Position numbers and translations under genes: made by a program. Below, piece by piece: positions 39,736 through 50,195 of a stretch of DNA of 50,603 nucleotides. This DNA comes from an uncultured Clostridia bacterium (GTDB taxonomy: Bacteria; Bacillota; Clostridia; TANB77; CAG-508): NCBI GenBank assembly GCA_944389395.1, contig CALXME010000004.1, forward strand, positions 1-50,603. The letters are read 5' to 3'. Each line of letters begins with the position of its first letter. Position 1 is the stretch's first letter. The notes under the pieces were generated by a model. That model searched no databases and was not told the DNA's origin. It saw only the letters and a list, made by a program, of their open reading frames with translations.

Positions 39736-40458
39736 TTATTGAATAGGAGATTTTGCAGGCATTCCTGGTTTTCTTGGATATTTAGATGGCGTATTTTTTT
39801 CTTTTAAAAGATATATTATATTTCTTTTTATATCTGTCATAGGAAGTTCAAAACAATCTAATTTTTCCACTTTTCCTCCCAATACTGTTAATGCTTTTTG
39901 ACTTTTCTCCAATTCCTCTTCTATTTGTGAACCTTTTAATAAAATGCAATGACCACCTAGCTTAACTAATGGTAATAAATATTCTACAAGTACAGACATA
40001 TTAGCTACAGCTCTTGAAGTAGCAATATCAAAACTTTCTCTTTTATTCTTATTTCTTCCAAATTCTTCTGCTCTAGCATGAATTGCTTCTATTTCTTCTA
40101 ATTGTAATTTTTTTATTACTTCTTCTAAAAAAGAAATTCTTTTATTTAAAGAATCTACCAATGTTATTTTTAAATCAGGTCTTACTATTTTCAATGGTAT
40201 TCCAGGAAAACCAGCTCCTGTTCCTATATCAACAATTTTACTATCTTTTTTTATATTATTAATTGGAATAATTGAATCAATAAAGTGTTTTAAAATAATT
40301 TCTTCCGGTTTTGTAATTGCTGTCAAATTGAATTTTTCATTCCATTCCAGTAATAAATTCATATAATCGTAAAATTGTTCTATTTGTTTTTGTGTTAAAG
40401 AAATAGAAATTATTTCTAAATATTTTTCCATTTCTTTTTTAAATTTTTCTTTTTCCAT
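39736..40458 (-). CDS. rsmG: 16S rRNA (guanine527-N7)-methyltransferase
   Basis: Motifs WNEKFNLTAI, KHFIDS, DIGTGAGFPG, SRAVA and YPRKPG. Confidence 0.96.
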   Translation of the reverse strand: MEKEKFKKEMEKYLEIISISLTQKQIEQFYDYMNLLLEWNEKFNLTAITKPEEIILKHFIDSIIPINNIKKDSKIVDIGTGAGFPGIPLKIVRPDLKITLVDSLNKRISFLEEVIKKLQLEEIEAIHARAEEFGRNKNKRESFDIATSRAVANMSVLVEYLLPLVKLGGHCILLKGSQIEEELEKSQKALTVLGGKVEKLDCFELPMTDIKRNIIYLLKEKNTPSKYPRKPGMPAKSPIQ

Positions 40459-42350
40459 TAATTTAAACTCTCCTTTGTTTGTTTATTTATTGTTTGTAAA
40501 TAAATAAGAAGTACTGAAACATCTGCAGGAGAAATCCCAGATATTCTAGAAGCCTGACCAATTGAACGAGGTTTGAATTTATTTAATTTTTGCCTTGCTT
40601 CTAAACTAATTCCTTGCACAGTTTCATAATCTATTTCTTCTGGTAATAATTTCGTTTCTAATTTTTTGAATTTTTCCACTTGTGCTTCTTGCATTTTAAT
40701 ATATCCTTCATATTTTAATTGAATTTCTACTTCTTCTGCTTCCTGTTTTGTTAAAGATGGCATATCTTCATCTATTTCTCTTAAAGATAAATATGTAATT
40801 TCTGGTCTTTTTAATAATTCAGCCATCTTTGTTCCTGTTGTAAGTACTGATGTTCCACATTTTTCTAAAAAAGAATTTACTTGAGTTGATGGTTTTACAA
40901 CTAAATTTTTTAGTCTTTCTATTTCTTTTTGAATATTTTTTTCTTTTTCTTTAAATTTTGCATATCTTTGAGCAGAAATAAGTCCAATTTCATAGCCAAT
41001 TGGTGTTAATCGTAAATCTGCGTTATCTTGCCTTAACAATAGCCTATACTCTGCTCTAGAAGTCATCATTCTATAAGGTTCATTTGTTCCTTTTGTAACA
41101 ATATCATCAATTAAAACTCCTATATATCCTTGACTTCTATCTAAAATAAGTGGTTCTTTTCCTTCTATTTTACGAGAAGCATTAATTCCCGCAATTAATC
41201 CTTGACAAGCAGCTTCTTCATATCCTGATGTACCATTTATTTGCCCAGCCATAAAAAGCCCTTTTATCCCTTTATATTCTAAAGAAAGTTTTAAATTAGA
41301 TGGGTCTATACAATCATATTCAATTGCATAAGCAGGTCTTGTAAATTCTGCTTTTTCTAACCCAGGAATTGTGTGATAAAGTGCGATTTGAACATCTTCT
41401 GGCAAAGAAGAACTCATTCCTTGTATATACATTTCTTCTGTATCTAAACCTACTGGTTCTACAAAAGCTTGGTGTCTAGGTTTATCACTAAATCTAACAA
41501 CTTTATCTTCAATAGAAGGACAATATCTAGGTCCAGTTCCTTCTATTTTTCCTGCATATAATGGAGAACGATGTAAGTTTTTCCTAATAATATCATGTGT
41601 TTCCTGTGTTGTATATGTTAAATAACAATCTACTTGTTCTATTTTCCTAGGCTCATCTTCAAAAGAGAACATTTCAATTTCCTCATCCCCTTTTTGGATT
41701 TCCATTTTACTAAAATCTATGCTTCTTCTATTTATTCTTGCAGGTGTTCCTGTTTTAAAGCGAACTAAAGGAATTCCCAATCTCTTTAAACATTCTGACA
41801 ATTCATTTGCAGAAGCAACTCCATCTGGACCGCTCTCTTTACTATATTCTCCAATAAATATTTTTCCTTTTAAATAAGTTCCTGTCGCTAAAATAACAGC
41901 TTTTACCTCATATACTGCTCCTACATCTGTTTTAATTGCCTTTACTTGTCCGTTTTCTACAACAATATCCACAATTTCTCCCTGTTTTACTTCAAGATTT
42001 TCTTGTTTTTCTAAAACATGTTTCATTTCTGCTTGATATTTCTTTCTATCTGCTTGTGCTCTTAGAGAATGTACTGCTGGACCTTTAGAGGTATTTAACA
42101 TTTTCACTTGTATCATTGTTTTATCAATTACTTTCCCCATTTCACCCCCAAGTGCATCTATTTCTCTTACTAAATGCCCTTTAGAACTTCCTCCAATATG
42201 TGGATTACATGGCATATTAGCAATTGCCTCTAAACTAATAGAAAATATTAAAGTTTTCATTCCAAGTCTTGCTGATGCAAGTGCAGCTTCACACCCAGCA
42301 TGTCCTGCTCCGATTACAGCTACATCATATTTTCCTGCAAAATATTCCAT
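40458..42350 (-). CDS. mnmG: tRNA uridine-5-carboxymethylaminomethyl(34) synthesis enzyme
   Basis: Motifs [37 protein letters not shown] and [14 protein letters not shown]. Confidence 0.97.
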   Translation of the reverse strand: MEYFAGKYDVAVIGAGHAGCEAALASARLGMKTLIFSISLEAIANMPCNPHIGGSSKGHLVREIDALGGEMGKVIDKTMIQVKMLNTSKGPAVHSLRAQADRKKYQAEMKHVLEKQENLEVKQGEIVDIVVENGQVKAIKTDVGAVYEVKAVILATGTYLKGKIFIGEYSKESGPDGVASANELSECLKRLGIPLVRFKTGTPARINRRSIDFSKMEIQKGDEEIEMFSFEDEPRKIEQVDCYLTYTTQETHDIIRKNLHRSPLYAGKIEGTGPRYCPSIEDKVVRFSDKPRHQAFVEPVGLDTEEMYIQGMSSSLPEDVQIALYHTIPGLEKAEFTRPAYAIEYDCIDPSNLKLSLEYKGIKGLFMAGQINGTSGYEEAACQGLIAGINASRKIEGKEPLILDRSQGYIGVLIDDIVTKGTNEPYRMMTSRAEYRLLLRQDNADLRLTPIGYEIGLISAQRYAKFKEKEKNIQKEIERLKNLVVKPSTQVNSFLEKCGTSVLTTGTKMAELLKRPEITYLSLREIDEDMPSLTKQEAEEVEIQLKYEGYIKMQEAQVEKFKKLETKLLPEEIDYETVQGISLEARQKLNKFKPRSIGQASRISGISPADVSVLLIYLQTINKQTKESLN

Positions 42351-42371
42351 TTAATTTCCTCCTCTTAAAAA

Positions 42372-42406
42372 TGTTCCACGCGTTGTTCCACATTCCTTGT
42401 GAAACA
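42372..42406. promoter_or_regulatory. Degenerate/split parS-like half sites
   Basis: TGTTCCAC (42372-79), TGTTCCAC (42384-91) and GTGAAACA (42399-406), compared with parS consensus TGTTNCACGTGAAACA. Confidence 0.4.
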
Positions 42407-42825
42407 GGAAAAGCCGTTCACCTCTATGCTTTCATAAAATTTGACATATGTGTTTTAGCTAGTTAATACATAGCTAATTGGTTAATATTATTAACCGTAA
42501 GTTATTATCTACTTGTTTAAAAAATTATTATTGTAAAAATATGTATATTTTTTCTTTTGGTTTATGTAAATAAGAAATAATGTTTTGTGTTTTTTTCCTG
42601 TCTTTTCGCGCTTTTTTACTTATTTGTAAACAAGATTTACTTTTAGGTAAATATTTTTTATTTATAACTTTTTTTATTTCTTATTTTTTGTCAAAATCAA
42701 AAATAAGCCTTTTTTATTATTTTTGTTATAAATTACATTACTTTGTTTTTTATTTTGTTTATTTTGGCTCCTCGTTTGTTTTTTTTGTATTGTGTATAAT
42801 TAATTCAAAGTGTGTTTTTCTTTTT

Positions 42826-44200
42826 CTATTTTCCTAAACAAAATCTTGCAAAAATTTCATTAATAATATCTTCTGACACTATATCACCAGTAATGTTTCC
42901 CAAATCATCTAAAAGAGATTTAATAAATATAGCAATCATATCTAATGGTAGCTGTTTTAAAATGACCTCTTTTGCTTTTTTTACATCTTCTATTGCTTGG
43001 TGAATTAATGCTTTGTGTCTTATATTTGTTATAACAATTTCGTTGTCTAAATTAATTTCATTTAATTCAAACAGAGCTAAAATTGCTTGTTCTACTTTTT
43101 CTAACCCAATTTGGTTTAATGCTGAAATTTTAATAATATAATCTGAAACTTCTTTTAAACATTGCTGATTTTGATCTATTTTACTAGTCTGTAAGTCTAT
43201 TTTATTTAATAATATAATAGCTTTTTTGTTTTTTACTAATTTCAATATTTCCATATCTTCAGATGTTAATTCTTTACTACTATCAAATATAGCAATAATT
43301 AAATCCGCAGAATCTGCAATTTCCTTAGCTTTTTCTATTCCTATTTTTTCTACTTCATCTTTTGCATTACGAATTCCTGCTGTATCTATTAATTTTAAAG
43401 GTATTCCTTGTATAGTAACAAATTCCTCTATTGTATCTCTCGTTGTTCCTTCAAATTCTGTAACAATTGCTCTATCTTCTTTTAACAATGCATTTAAAAG
43501 AGATGACTTTCCTGCATTTGGTTTTCCGATAATCGCTGTTTTTATACCTTCTTTTAATAATTTACCATTATCAAAGCTTTTTTCTAGTATTTCTAAATCT
43601 TTTTCAACTGTATCTAACATTTCTTGTATTTGCGTATTTGTTACCTCTTCTACATCATATTCTGGATAATCAATTGTAACTTCTAATTGTACCATAACAT
43701 CCATTATTTTTTGCTTTATTTCTCTTATTTTTTTAGATAGTTTACCTTCTAATTGGTTCATTCCAGCCTTTGCTTCTCTTTCGGATTTTGCATTAATTAC
43801 ATCAATAACAGATTCTGCTTGTAATAAATCAATTCTTCCATTTAAAAAAGCTCTTTTGGTAAATTCTCCTGGTTCAGCTAGTTTTGCTCCATTTTTCAAA
43901 CATAATTCTAAAATTCTCTTAACTAAAACATTTCCCCCATGTGAATTAATTTCACACATATTTTCTGTTGTATAACTATGTGGTTTTTTAAAATAAGAAA
44001 CTAAAACCTCATCTATAATTTCTTCATTTTCTACAATATGACCATATTTTATTGTATAACCTTTTATATTTTCAATTTCTTGAGGTTTTTTTGGTTTAAA
44101 TATTTTATTTAAAATTTCAAAAGAATTTTCTCCACTCATACGAATAATCCCAATTCCTCCAATTCCGTGGAGCCGTAGATATAGATGCAATTGTACTCAA
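42826..44200 (-). CDS. mnmE: tRNA modification GTPase MnmE, with a +1 frameshift at codon 12 (position 44167)
   Basis: AAGGAGG RBS then TTG 44200 gives MSTIASISTAP, then an extra C, then GIGGIGIIRMSG. Downstream motifs GEFTKRAFLNGR, GKPNAGKSS, GTTRD, DTAG, NKID and FCLGK. Confidence 0.92.
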
Positions 44201-44348
44201 TTTTTATTCCTCCTTTTTTCTCTTTTTGACTCTTCTATTTTAACACATTATGTAACTTTTTAAAATAGTTTTTTAAAAAAAAGAGGTAAAGATAGAAAAT
44301 ACATTTCTGTAAAATCTGACCTTTGACCTCTGATTTTAACTATATTTA

Positions 44349-45044
44349 TTATTTTTTTAAAGAAACTACAAGCCTTCTATTTGGCTCTTCTCCAATACTA
44401 ACTGTTTCCACTTTGTTATTTTGTTGTAAATGACTATGTATAATTTTTCTTTCATATGCTTGCATTGGTTCTAATGTCACTGACTTTCTTGTTCTTATTA
44501 CTGTTCTTGCGACTTTATCTGCTAATTCTTTTAATGTTTTTTCTCTTTTTGCTTTATATCCTTCAATATCTAATAAAACTCTTACTTTATTGTTTATTCC
44601 TTTTCCTGCAACAGCAGATAAAATATTTTGAAATGCATATAAAGTTTCTCCCCTATAACCAATTAAATAGCCTAAATTTTGGTGATATATATTAATATTT
44701 ATACTTGTTTTTGTTTTTATTATTTCGTATTTTGTATTTTCTGGCAGAAATTCTTTCATTTCTTCTAAAAATTTAGATATATTTTTTTCTGCTTTTTCTT
44801 GTTCTTCTTCTGTTAATTCAATTTCCTTTTTAGGTTTTATCTCTTTTTTTTCTTTTGGTTCCTCTTCTTTTAAAGTTAATTCTACTTTAACAATTCTAGG
44901 TGATAAAATACTGAAAAAACTTCTTTTATCTTCATTTTCTAGCACTTTAATGTGTACTTTACTTTTTGGAACATTTAATTGTTTTAATCCTTTTTCAATC
45001 GCTTCATTTGTTGTCTTACCTTCTGAAATAATAGTCTTTTCCAT
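44349..45044 (-). CDS. jag: Jag/EloR RNA-binding protein (Jag_N, KH, R3H)
   Basis: Motifs GKT..EAIEKGL, LIGYRGETL and ERKIIH..L....SIGEEPNR. Confidence 0.93.
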   Translation of the reverse strand: MEKTIISEGKTTNEAIEKGLKQLNVPKSKVHIKVLENEDKRSFFSILSPRIVKVELTLKEEEPKEKKEIKPKKEIELTEEEQEKAEKNISKFLEEMKEFLPENTKYEIIKTKTSININIYHQNLGYLIGYRGETLYAFQNILSAVAGKGINNKVRVLLDIEGYKAKREKTLKELADKVARTVIRTRKSVTLEPMQAYERKIIHSHLQQNNKVETVSIGEEPNRRLVVSLKK

Positions 45045-45066
45045 GCTATTTTTTCCTCCTAACGAT

Positions 45067-45954
45067 TTATTTTATTAATTTATTTAAAATTAACCTTTCT
45101 ATAATCATTAAAATATTGTTCACTAACCAGTATAAAGCCAATCCTAAAGGTGCTACAAAGGCAATAGAGATAGACATTATTGGCATCATCCAAGACATCA
45201 TTTTATTTGTTTGCATTACTGTATCTATTTCGTTTTCTTCTTTTACCACTAATTCTTTTCCTGTTGAACCATCTATTTTTATGTCTTTTTTAGCATTTTC
45301 TTTTTGTTGTTTTTGTTGCATTGATGTTGTCATTCTAATTGAAATAAAAGAAGATAATATATATAAAATTGGAATAATATAAACTGTAAAATCTGTCATG
45401 TTTTGTTGAGGGACTTTACTTAAATCTAAACCTAAGAAATTCATCTGTAATGCTAATCTATTAATATTAGAATCATCTGGATTTTTCTCTTTTAACCATT
45501 GTTGTTCTCTAATAACATCTATTTCTGGATAAACATTACTTTTGATTTTTCCTTCTTCTTTCAATTGCGTAATGTATTTATTAATATCTTCTGTAGGTAT
45601 TTTCTCCATATAAGTTAAAGGTGCTCTTACTAGATAAAATACAGATAATAATAATAATAACTGAATAATAGCTGTTAAACATCCACTAAAAGGACTCATA
45701 TTCTCAGATTTATATAATTCCATCATTTCTTGATTCATTTTTTCAGGATTGTTTTTATATTTAAATTGAATTACTTTCATTTTTTCTTGTAGTTGTGTAC
45801 TTTTTTTCAATGTTTTTTGCTGTTTAATAGACAAAGGTAATAAAATAATTTTTATGATAATTGTAAATAATATAATAGCTAGTCCATAATTATTAATCAA
45901 ATCATATAAAAAAGCTAATATATAACCAAATAGACTTGCAAAAAATTCAAACAT
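45067..45954 (-). CDS. yidC: Membrane protein insertase YidC/SpoIIIJ
   Basis: Motifs YGLAIILFT..IK..LLPL..KQ, PFSGCL and GLALYW.V.N. Confidence 0.93.
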   Translation of the reverse strand: MFEFFASLFGYILAFLYDLINNYGLAIILFTIIIKIILLPLSIKQQKTLKKSTQLQEKMKVIQFKYKNNPEKMNQEMMELYKSENMSPFSGCLTAIIQLLLLLSVFYLVRAPLTYMEKIPTEDINKYITQLKEEGKIKSNVYPEIDVIREQQWLKEKNPDDSNINRLALQMNFLGLDLSKVPQQNMTDFTVYIIPILYILSSFISIRMTTSMQQKQQKENAKKDIKIDGSTGKELVVKEENEIDTVMQTNKMMSWMMPIMSISIAFVAPLGLALYWLVNNILMIIERLILNKLIK

Positions 45955-45970
45955 TTCTTTCCTCCCTTTT

Positions 45971-46189
45971 TCATTTTAATGGGTCAGAGCCACCTTTGGA
46001 AAAAGGATTACATCGAAGAATTCTATAAATTCCTAAAATTGTTCCCTTCCCTGCTCCATATTTTTCAATTGCTTGCTTTGTGTATTCAGAGCAACTTGGA
46101 TAATATTTACAATGAATATTCTTCGCTTCTAACCAACATGAAATATGTTTTTGATACCAACGAATCATATAAATCATTACTTTTTTCAT
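45971..46189 (-). CDS. yidD: Membrane protein insertion efficiency factor YidD
   Basis: Motifs CKYYPSCSEY..QAIEKYG and RILRCNPFSKGG.DP. Confidence 0.94.
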   Translation of the reverse strand: MKKVMIYMIRWYQKHISCWLEAKNIHCKYYPSCSEYTKQAIEKYGAGKGTILGIYRILRCNPFSKGGSDPLK

Positions 46190-46191
46190 TT

Positions 46192-46536
46192 TTATTCCTC
46201 AAATAGACCTGCCTTATCAAAAATAAAATACATATCTTTTTTTATATTCTCAAAAGTTGCATTTTCTATATCTGTTTTCTTTTTCCACAAAAAAACTATA
46301 CTGTATCCATCTTTTATTTGCTCTTCTGTTATTTTATAACATTCTCTTAGTAACCTTTTAATATGATTTCTTTTTACGGCTTTCGCTATTTTCACACTTA
46401 CAGCTATTCCTAAAAAATTTTGTTTTTTTGAATTTTTTTTAATAAAAGCTTCTATACATTTTCCAGAATAATACTTTCCTTTTGATAAAACATTTCTAAA
46501 TTCATAATTTTTTTTTAACATTTTTGTTTTTTTCAT
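46192..46536 (-). CDS. rnpA: Ribonuclease P protein component
   Basis: Motifs LKKNYEF and GIAVS.K..KAVKRN.IKR.LRE. Confidence 0.92.
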   Translation of the reverse strand: MKKTKMLKKNYEFRNVLSKGKYYSGKCIEAFIKKNSKKQNFLGIAVSVKIAKAVKRNHIKRLLRECYKITEEQIKDGYSIVFLWKKKTDIENATFENIKKDMYFIFDKAGLFEE

Positions 46537-46674
46537 TTTCTCTATATTCCCTTTCTAACAGGCAAAAGATAAATGAAAAAGTCAAAACTTCATAAATAAT
46601 TATTTTTAAAAGGCTCACATCCAAATGTGGCCTTTCTCACTAATGTACGTGCTCTTTTAACATAATTATTTCTT

Positions 46675-46809
46675 TTAAGCAGTTAGTTTTTTTCTACCTT
46701 TTGCTCTTCTTGCCTTTAAAATATTTCTTCCTGATTTTGTTTTCATTCTTTTCATAAATCCATGTTCTTTCTTTTCTTGTCTGTTTTTTGGTTGAAATGT
46801 TCTTTTCAT
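46675..46809 (-). CDS. rpmH: 50S ribosomal protein L34 (not in the ORF track)
   Basis: [52 protein letters not shown]. Confidence 0.97.
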   Translation of the reverse strand: MKRTFQPKNRQEKKEHGFMKRMKTKSGRNILKARRAKGRKKLTA

Positions 46810-46981
46810 TTTAGCACCTCCTACTGTTTTTGATATTTATAAAATTCCATTTCTGGAAATTTGTTACGAAAATAACAAGTATATCGATTATACAGTAGTT
46901 TTATATGAAATGTCAAGCTATTTTTTTTATTTTACCAAAAAACTGGTTGACTGTTGAAATGTTTTTGTAAAATTTGCTGAG

Positions 46982-47191
46982 TTTTCCACAGTTTTTTTAT
47001 GAGTTTTCCACAATTTTAAAATTTTTTCCACAATCTTATTGACTTCTTTTGACAAAATTTGTTATGATAGGGGCGTACAAAAAAATTGAGTTTTTTATTG
47101 ATATTACTTAAATTTTTGTTCGCATTTATCTTGTTATTTATGACTAAAATATTACAATATTATCAACACCTGTGGATAACTTTGTGGATAA
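46982..47191. promoter_or_regulatory. DnaA-box cluster upstream of dnaA (oriC part 1)
   Basis: ttttccaca at 46982, 47004 and 47024. ttatcaaca at 47160. Perfect tgtggataa at 47171 and 47183. Confidence 0.9.
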
Positions 47192-47220
47192 CATGATTGA
47201 TTATAAAAGGAGGATTAAAA

Positions 47221-48576
47221 ATGGCAATAGATAAAGATGAACTTATTCATCAGCTAAAAGACGCTCTAAAACCAGAAGTAACAAAAATTTCTTATGACAC
47301 TTGGATTATGCCATTAGGCATTAGAAGTATCGAAAATGATAATATTGTCTTTACTACAAACTCAGAATATCAAAAAGATTTTATTGAAAATAAATTTAGA
47401 AGTCTTATTTTTTATGCATTAAGAAGCATCACCAACAAGGAATGGTCTTTTTCTGTTATTGACTTATCAAAAGAAAAAGAAGAAACTAACAATGAAATTA
47501 TAAAAAATCAATCAGATGGTAGTATTAGTGAAGAAGCTGAATCAAACAAATCTACATTAAATCCAAAATACACTTTTGAAACTTTTGTTGTAGGAAATAA
47601 CAATCGTTTTGCACATGCAGCAGCTTTAGCAGTAGGTAATGAACCATCAAAATCTTATAATCCTTTGTTTTTATATGGGGGAGTAGGACTAGGAAAAACA
47701 CACTTAATGCATGCTATTGGAAATAGAATTCTAGAAAATAATAAAACAGCAAATGTTTTATATGTAACTTCTGAGAAATTCACAAATCAATTAATCAATG
47801 CTATTAAAGACAATAAAAACGAAGTATTTAGAAATAAATATAGAAATATAGATGTACTTCTTATTGATGATATTCAATTTATTGCTGGAAAAGAAAGGGT
47901 ACAAGAAGAATTTTTCCATACTTTCAATTCTTTATATGAAGATGGAAATCAAATCATTATCTCAAGTGATAAACCACCAAGAGATATTCCATTTCTAGAA
48001 GATAGACTAAAATCCAGATTTGAATGGGGATTACTTGCAGATATATCATGTCCTGATTATGAAACACGTTTAGCAATTTTAAGAAAGAAAGCACAAGATG
48101 AAGGAGTTATAATTGATGATTTTATACTTTCAAATATTGCCAATAAAATAGATTCTAATATTAGAGAATTAGAAGGTGTTTTTAATAAAATAGTTGCAAG
48201 AGCATCTTTAACTCATAGCCCAATAACAATAGAACTAGCAGAAAATATTATAAATGAATTTAAATATGAAAATGAAAAGGTAATTTCTTGTGATTTTATT
48301 AAAGAAACTGTTTCTAAATATTTTAGTATAGATAAAGATGATTTAGCAGGAAATAAAAGATCAAATGATATTGCCTTTCCAAGACAAATAGCAATGTATC
48401 TTTGTAGAGAAATAGCAAATATGTCTTTTCCTCAAATTGGTATTGATTTTGGAGGTAGGGACCATTCTACAGTAATGCATGCTTATAGAAAAATTAGTAA
48501 AGAAATTAAAGAAAAAAGTAATACAAAGCTAATTGTGGATAGTGTGAAAAACATAATTATAAATGGGAAACAATAA
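47221..48576 (+). CDS. dnaA: Chromosomal replication initiator DnaA
   Basis: Motifs LNPKYTFETFVVG, YNPLFLYGGVGLGKTHL, LLIDDIQF and GGRDHSTV. ATG 47221 follows AGGAGG. Confidence 0.98.
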   Translation: MAIDKDELIHQLKDALKPEVTKISYDTWIMPLGIRSIENDNIVFTTNSEYQKDFIENKFRSLIFYALRSITNKEWSFSVIDLSKEKEETNNEIIKNQSDGSISEEAESNKSTLNPKYTFETFVVGNNNRFAHAAALAVGNEPSKSYNPLFLYGGVGLGKTHLMHAIGNRILENNKTANVLYVTSEKFTNQLINAIKDNKNEVFRNKYRNIDVLLIDDIQFIAGKERVQEEFFHTFNSLYEDGNQIIISSDKPPRDIPFLEDRLKSRFEWGLLADISCPDYETRLAILRKKAQDEGVIIDDFILSNIANKIDSNIRELEGVFNKIVARASLTHSPITIELAENIINEFKYENEKVISCDFIKETVSKYFSIDKDDLAGNKRSNDIAFPRQIAMYLCREIANMSFPQIGIDFGGRDHSTVMHAYRKISKEIKEKSNTKLIVDSVKNIIINGKQ

Positions 48577-48675
48577 AAAGCAATATAGTTTGATTATATT
48601 TCTAAAAATTTGTGTTTGTAAAAATAGTTGTTCGAAAAAAAAGAGCTTTCTCTTCTTACGGAACAGCTAGGTTGA

Positions 48676-48895
48676 CTATCCACACCCTATATGTTGAAAA
48701 CATGTTTATAACATGTGTATAAGTCAATTTTACACAATAACAAAAAATGACTGTGGATTATTTAACAAGTTTTCCACAGAATTATAAACAGTAATTTTAT
48801 TAGGGATTCTAACTATCAACATAGTTTTCCACAGTTTCCACAGCACCTAATACTATTACTACTAAATATATTATATTATTATTTATAAATATATA
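48676..48895. other. oriC unwinding region: DnaA boxes, DnaA-trios and AT-rich DUE
   Basis: ctatccaca at 48676, ttttccaca at 48770 and 48825, gtttccaca at 48834. Then gcacc, taa-tac-tat-tac-tac-taa (48848-48865) and an AT-only tract. Confidence 0.88.
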
Positions 48896-48908
48896 AAGGA
48901 GGAGCAAA

Positions 48909-50027
48909 ATGAAAATAGTTTGTTATAAGGATACTATCCTAAAAGCTATTAATTCCGTAGTAAAAGGTGGTGCATCTAAAACAACAATGCCTATCTTAGA
49001 AGGAATTTTAATTCAAACAAATGATAATGAAATAAAATTAACAACATATGACTTAGAAATAGGAATAGAATATGTAATGGAATGTGAAGTAAAAGAACAA
49101 GGAAGTACAGTAGTAAATGCTGTTATGTTTAGTGAAATCATTAGAAAATTACCAGATACAGAAATTAGTATTACACTAAATGACAAAAATTTATTAGAAA
49201 TTGAATGTGAAGGTTCACTATACAAATTAGCAACTATGAATCCAGAAGAATTTCCAGAATTACCAAAAATAGAAGTAGAAAATTCAATAGAAATTAGCCA
49301 AAATGTATTAAAAAATATGATAAGAAAAACAATATTTGCAGTAAGTAATGAAGAAACAAGACCAATTTTTACAGGATGTTTATTTGAAGTTGAAAATAAT
49401 AAATTAACTCTAGTAGCAGTAGATGGATTTAGATTAGCATTAAGAAGTGTATTTTTAACAAAACAAAGTAATAATTTTAAAGCTGTTATACCAGGAAAAA
49501 CATTAAACGAAGTAAATAAAATAATGTCTGATTCATTTGAACCAGTAACAATTGGAATATCTAAAAACCAAGCATTATTCGAAATGGATAATTGTAAAAT
49601 AGTAACAAGAATATTAGATGGCGAATTTTTAAATTATAAAAATGTTATTCCAAGTAATTGGGAAACAAGAATAAAAGTAAATAAAAATAGTATACAAAAT
49701 AGTTTTGAAAGAATCAGTTTAATATCTTCATCTTCTGTAGAAAAAGAAAAAAAATATCCAGTAAAAATACAAGTAGATATTGGAAAAGTAACAATTTCTT
49801 GTACAAACCAAACAGGAGATGCTAAAGAAGAATTATATGTTTCTACAGAAGGAAAAAACCTAGAAGCAGGATTTAATCCAAAATATTTCTTAGATAGTTT
49901 AAAAGTAATTGAAGAAGAAGAAGTTTATATCGAATTTGGAACAAGCATTTCACCATGTTTGATAAAATCTGTTGAAAATAAAGATTATACATATATGATA
50001 TTACCAATTAGATTAAAAGAAGATTAA
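48909..50027 (+). CDS. dnaN: DNA polymerase III beta clamp
   Basis: Motifs PILEGILI, RPIFTG, VAVDGFRLA, GFNPKYFLD and ILPIR. Confidence 0.97.
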   Translation: MKIVCYKDTILKAINSVVKGGASKTTMPILEGILIQTNDNEIKLTTYDLEIGIEYVMECEVKEQGSTVVNAVMFSEIIRKLPDTEISITLNDKNLLEIECEGSLYKLATMNPEEFPELPKIEVENSIEISQNVLKNMIRKTIFAVSNEETRPIFTGCLFEVENNKLTLVAVDGFRLALRSVFLTKQSNNFKAVIPGKTLNEVNKIMSDSFEPVTIGISKNQALFEMDNCKIVTRILDGEFLNYKNVIPSNWETRIKVNKNSIQNSFERISLISSSSVEKEKKYPVKIQVDIGKVTISCTNQTGDAKEELYVSTEGKNLEAGFNPKYFLDSLKVIEEEEVYIEFGTSISPCLIKSVENKDYTYMILPIRLKED

Positions 50028-50051
50028 AGGTAGAAATTATTCTACCTTTAA
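50025..50051 (+). terminator. Hairpin right after dnaN
   Basis: taaaggtagaa-atta-ttctaccttta followed by a T run. Confidence 0.7.
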
Positions 50052-50195
50052 TTTTTAAAAAAGTTATCCACAAAAAAAGAACTAATTGGGGATAAAAAAA
50101 AATAAAAATAAATAAATGAAAAAATTAGAAAAAAATTAAAAAAAATAGAATAAATTAGAAAAAAAAAGAAAAAAATAGAAATAAAAAGTAAAACG

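Noticed and set aside
42580..42837. 85-aa Phe-rich ORF
   Set aside because: An artefact of the T-rich low-complexity spacer.
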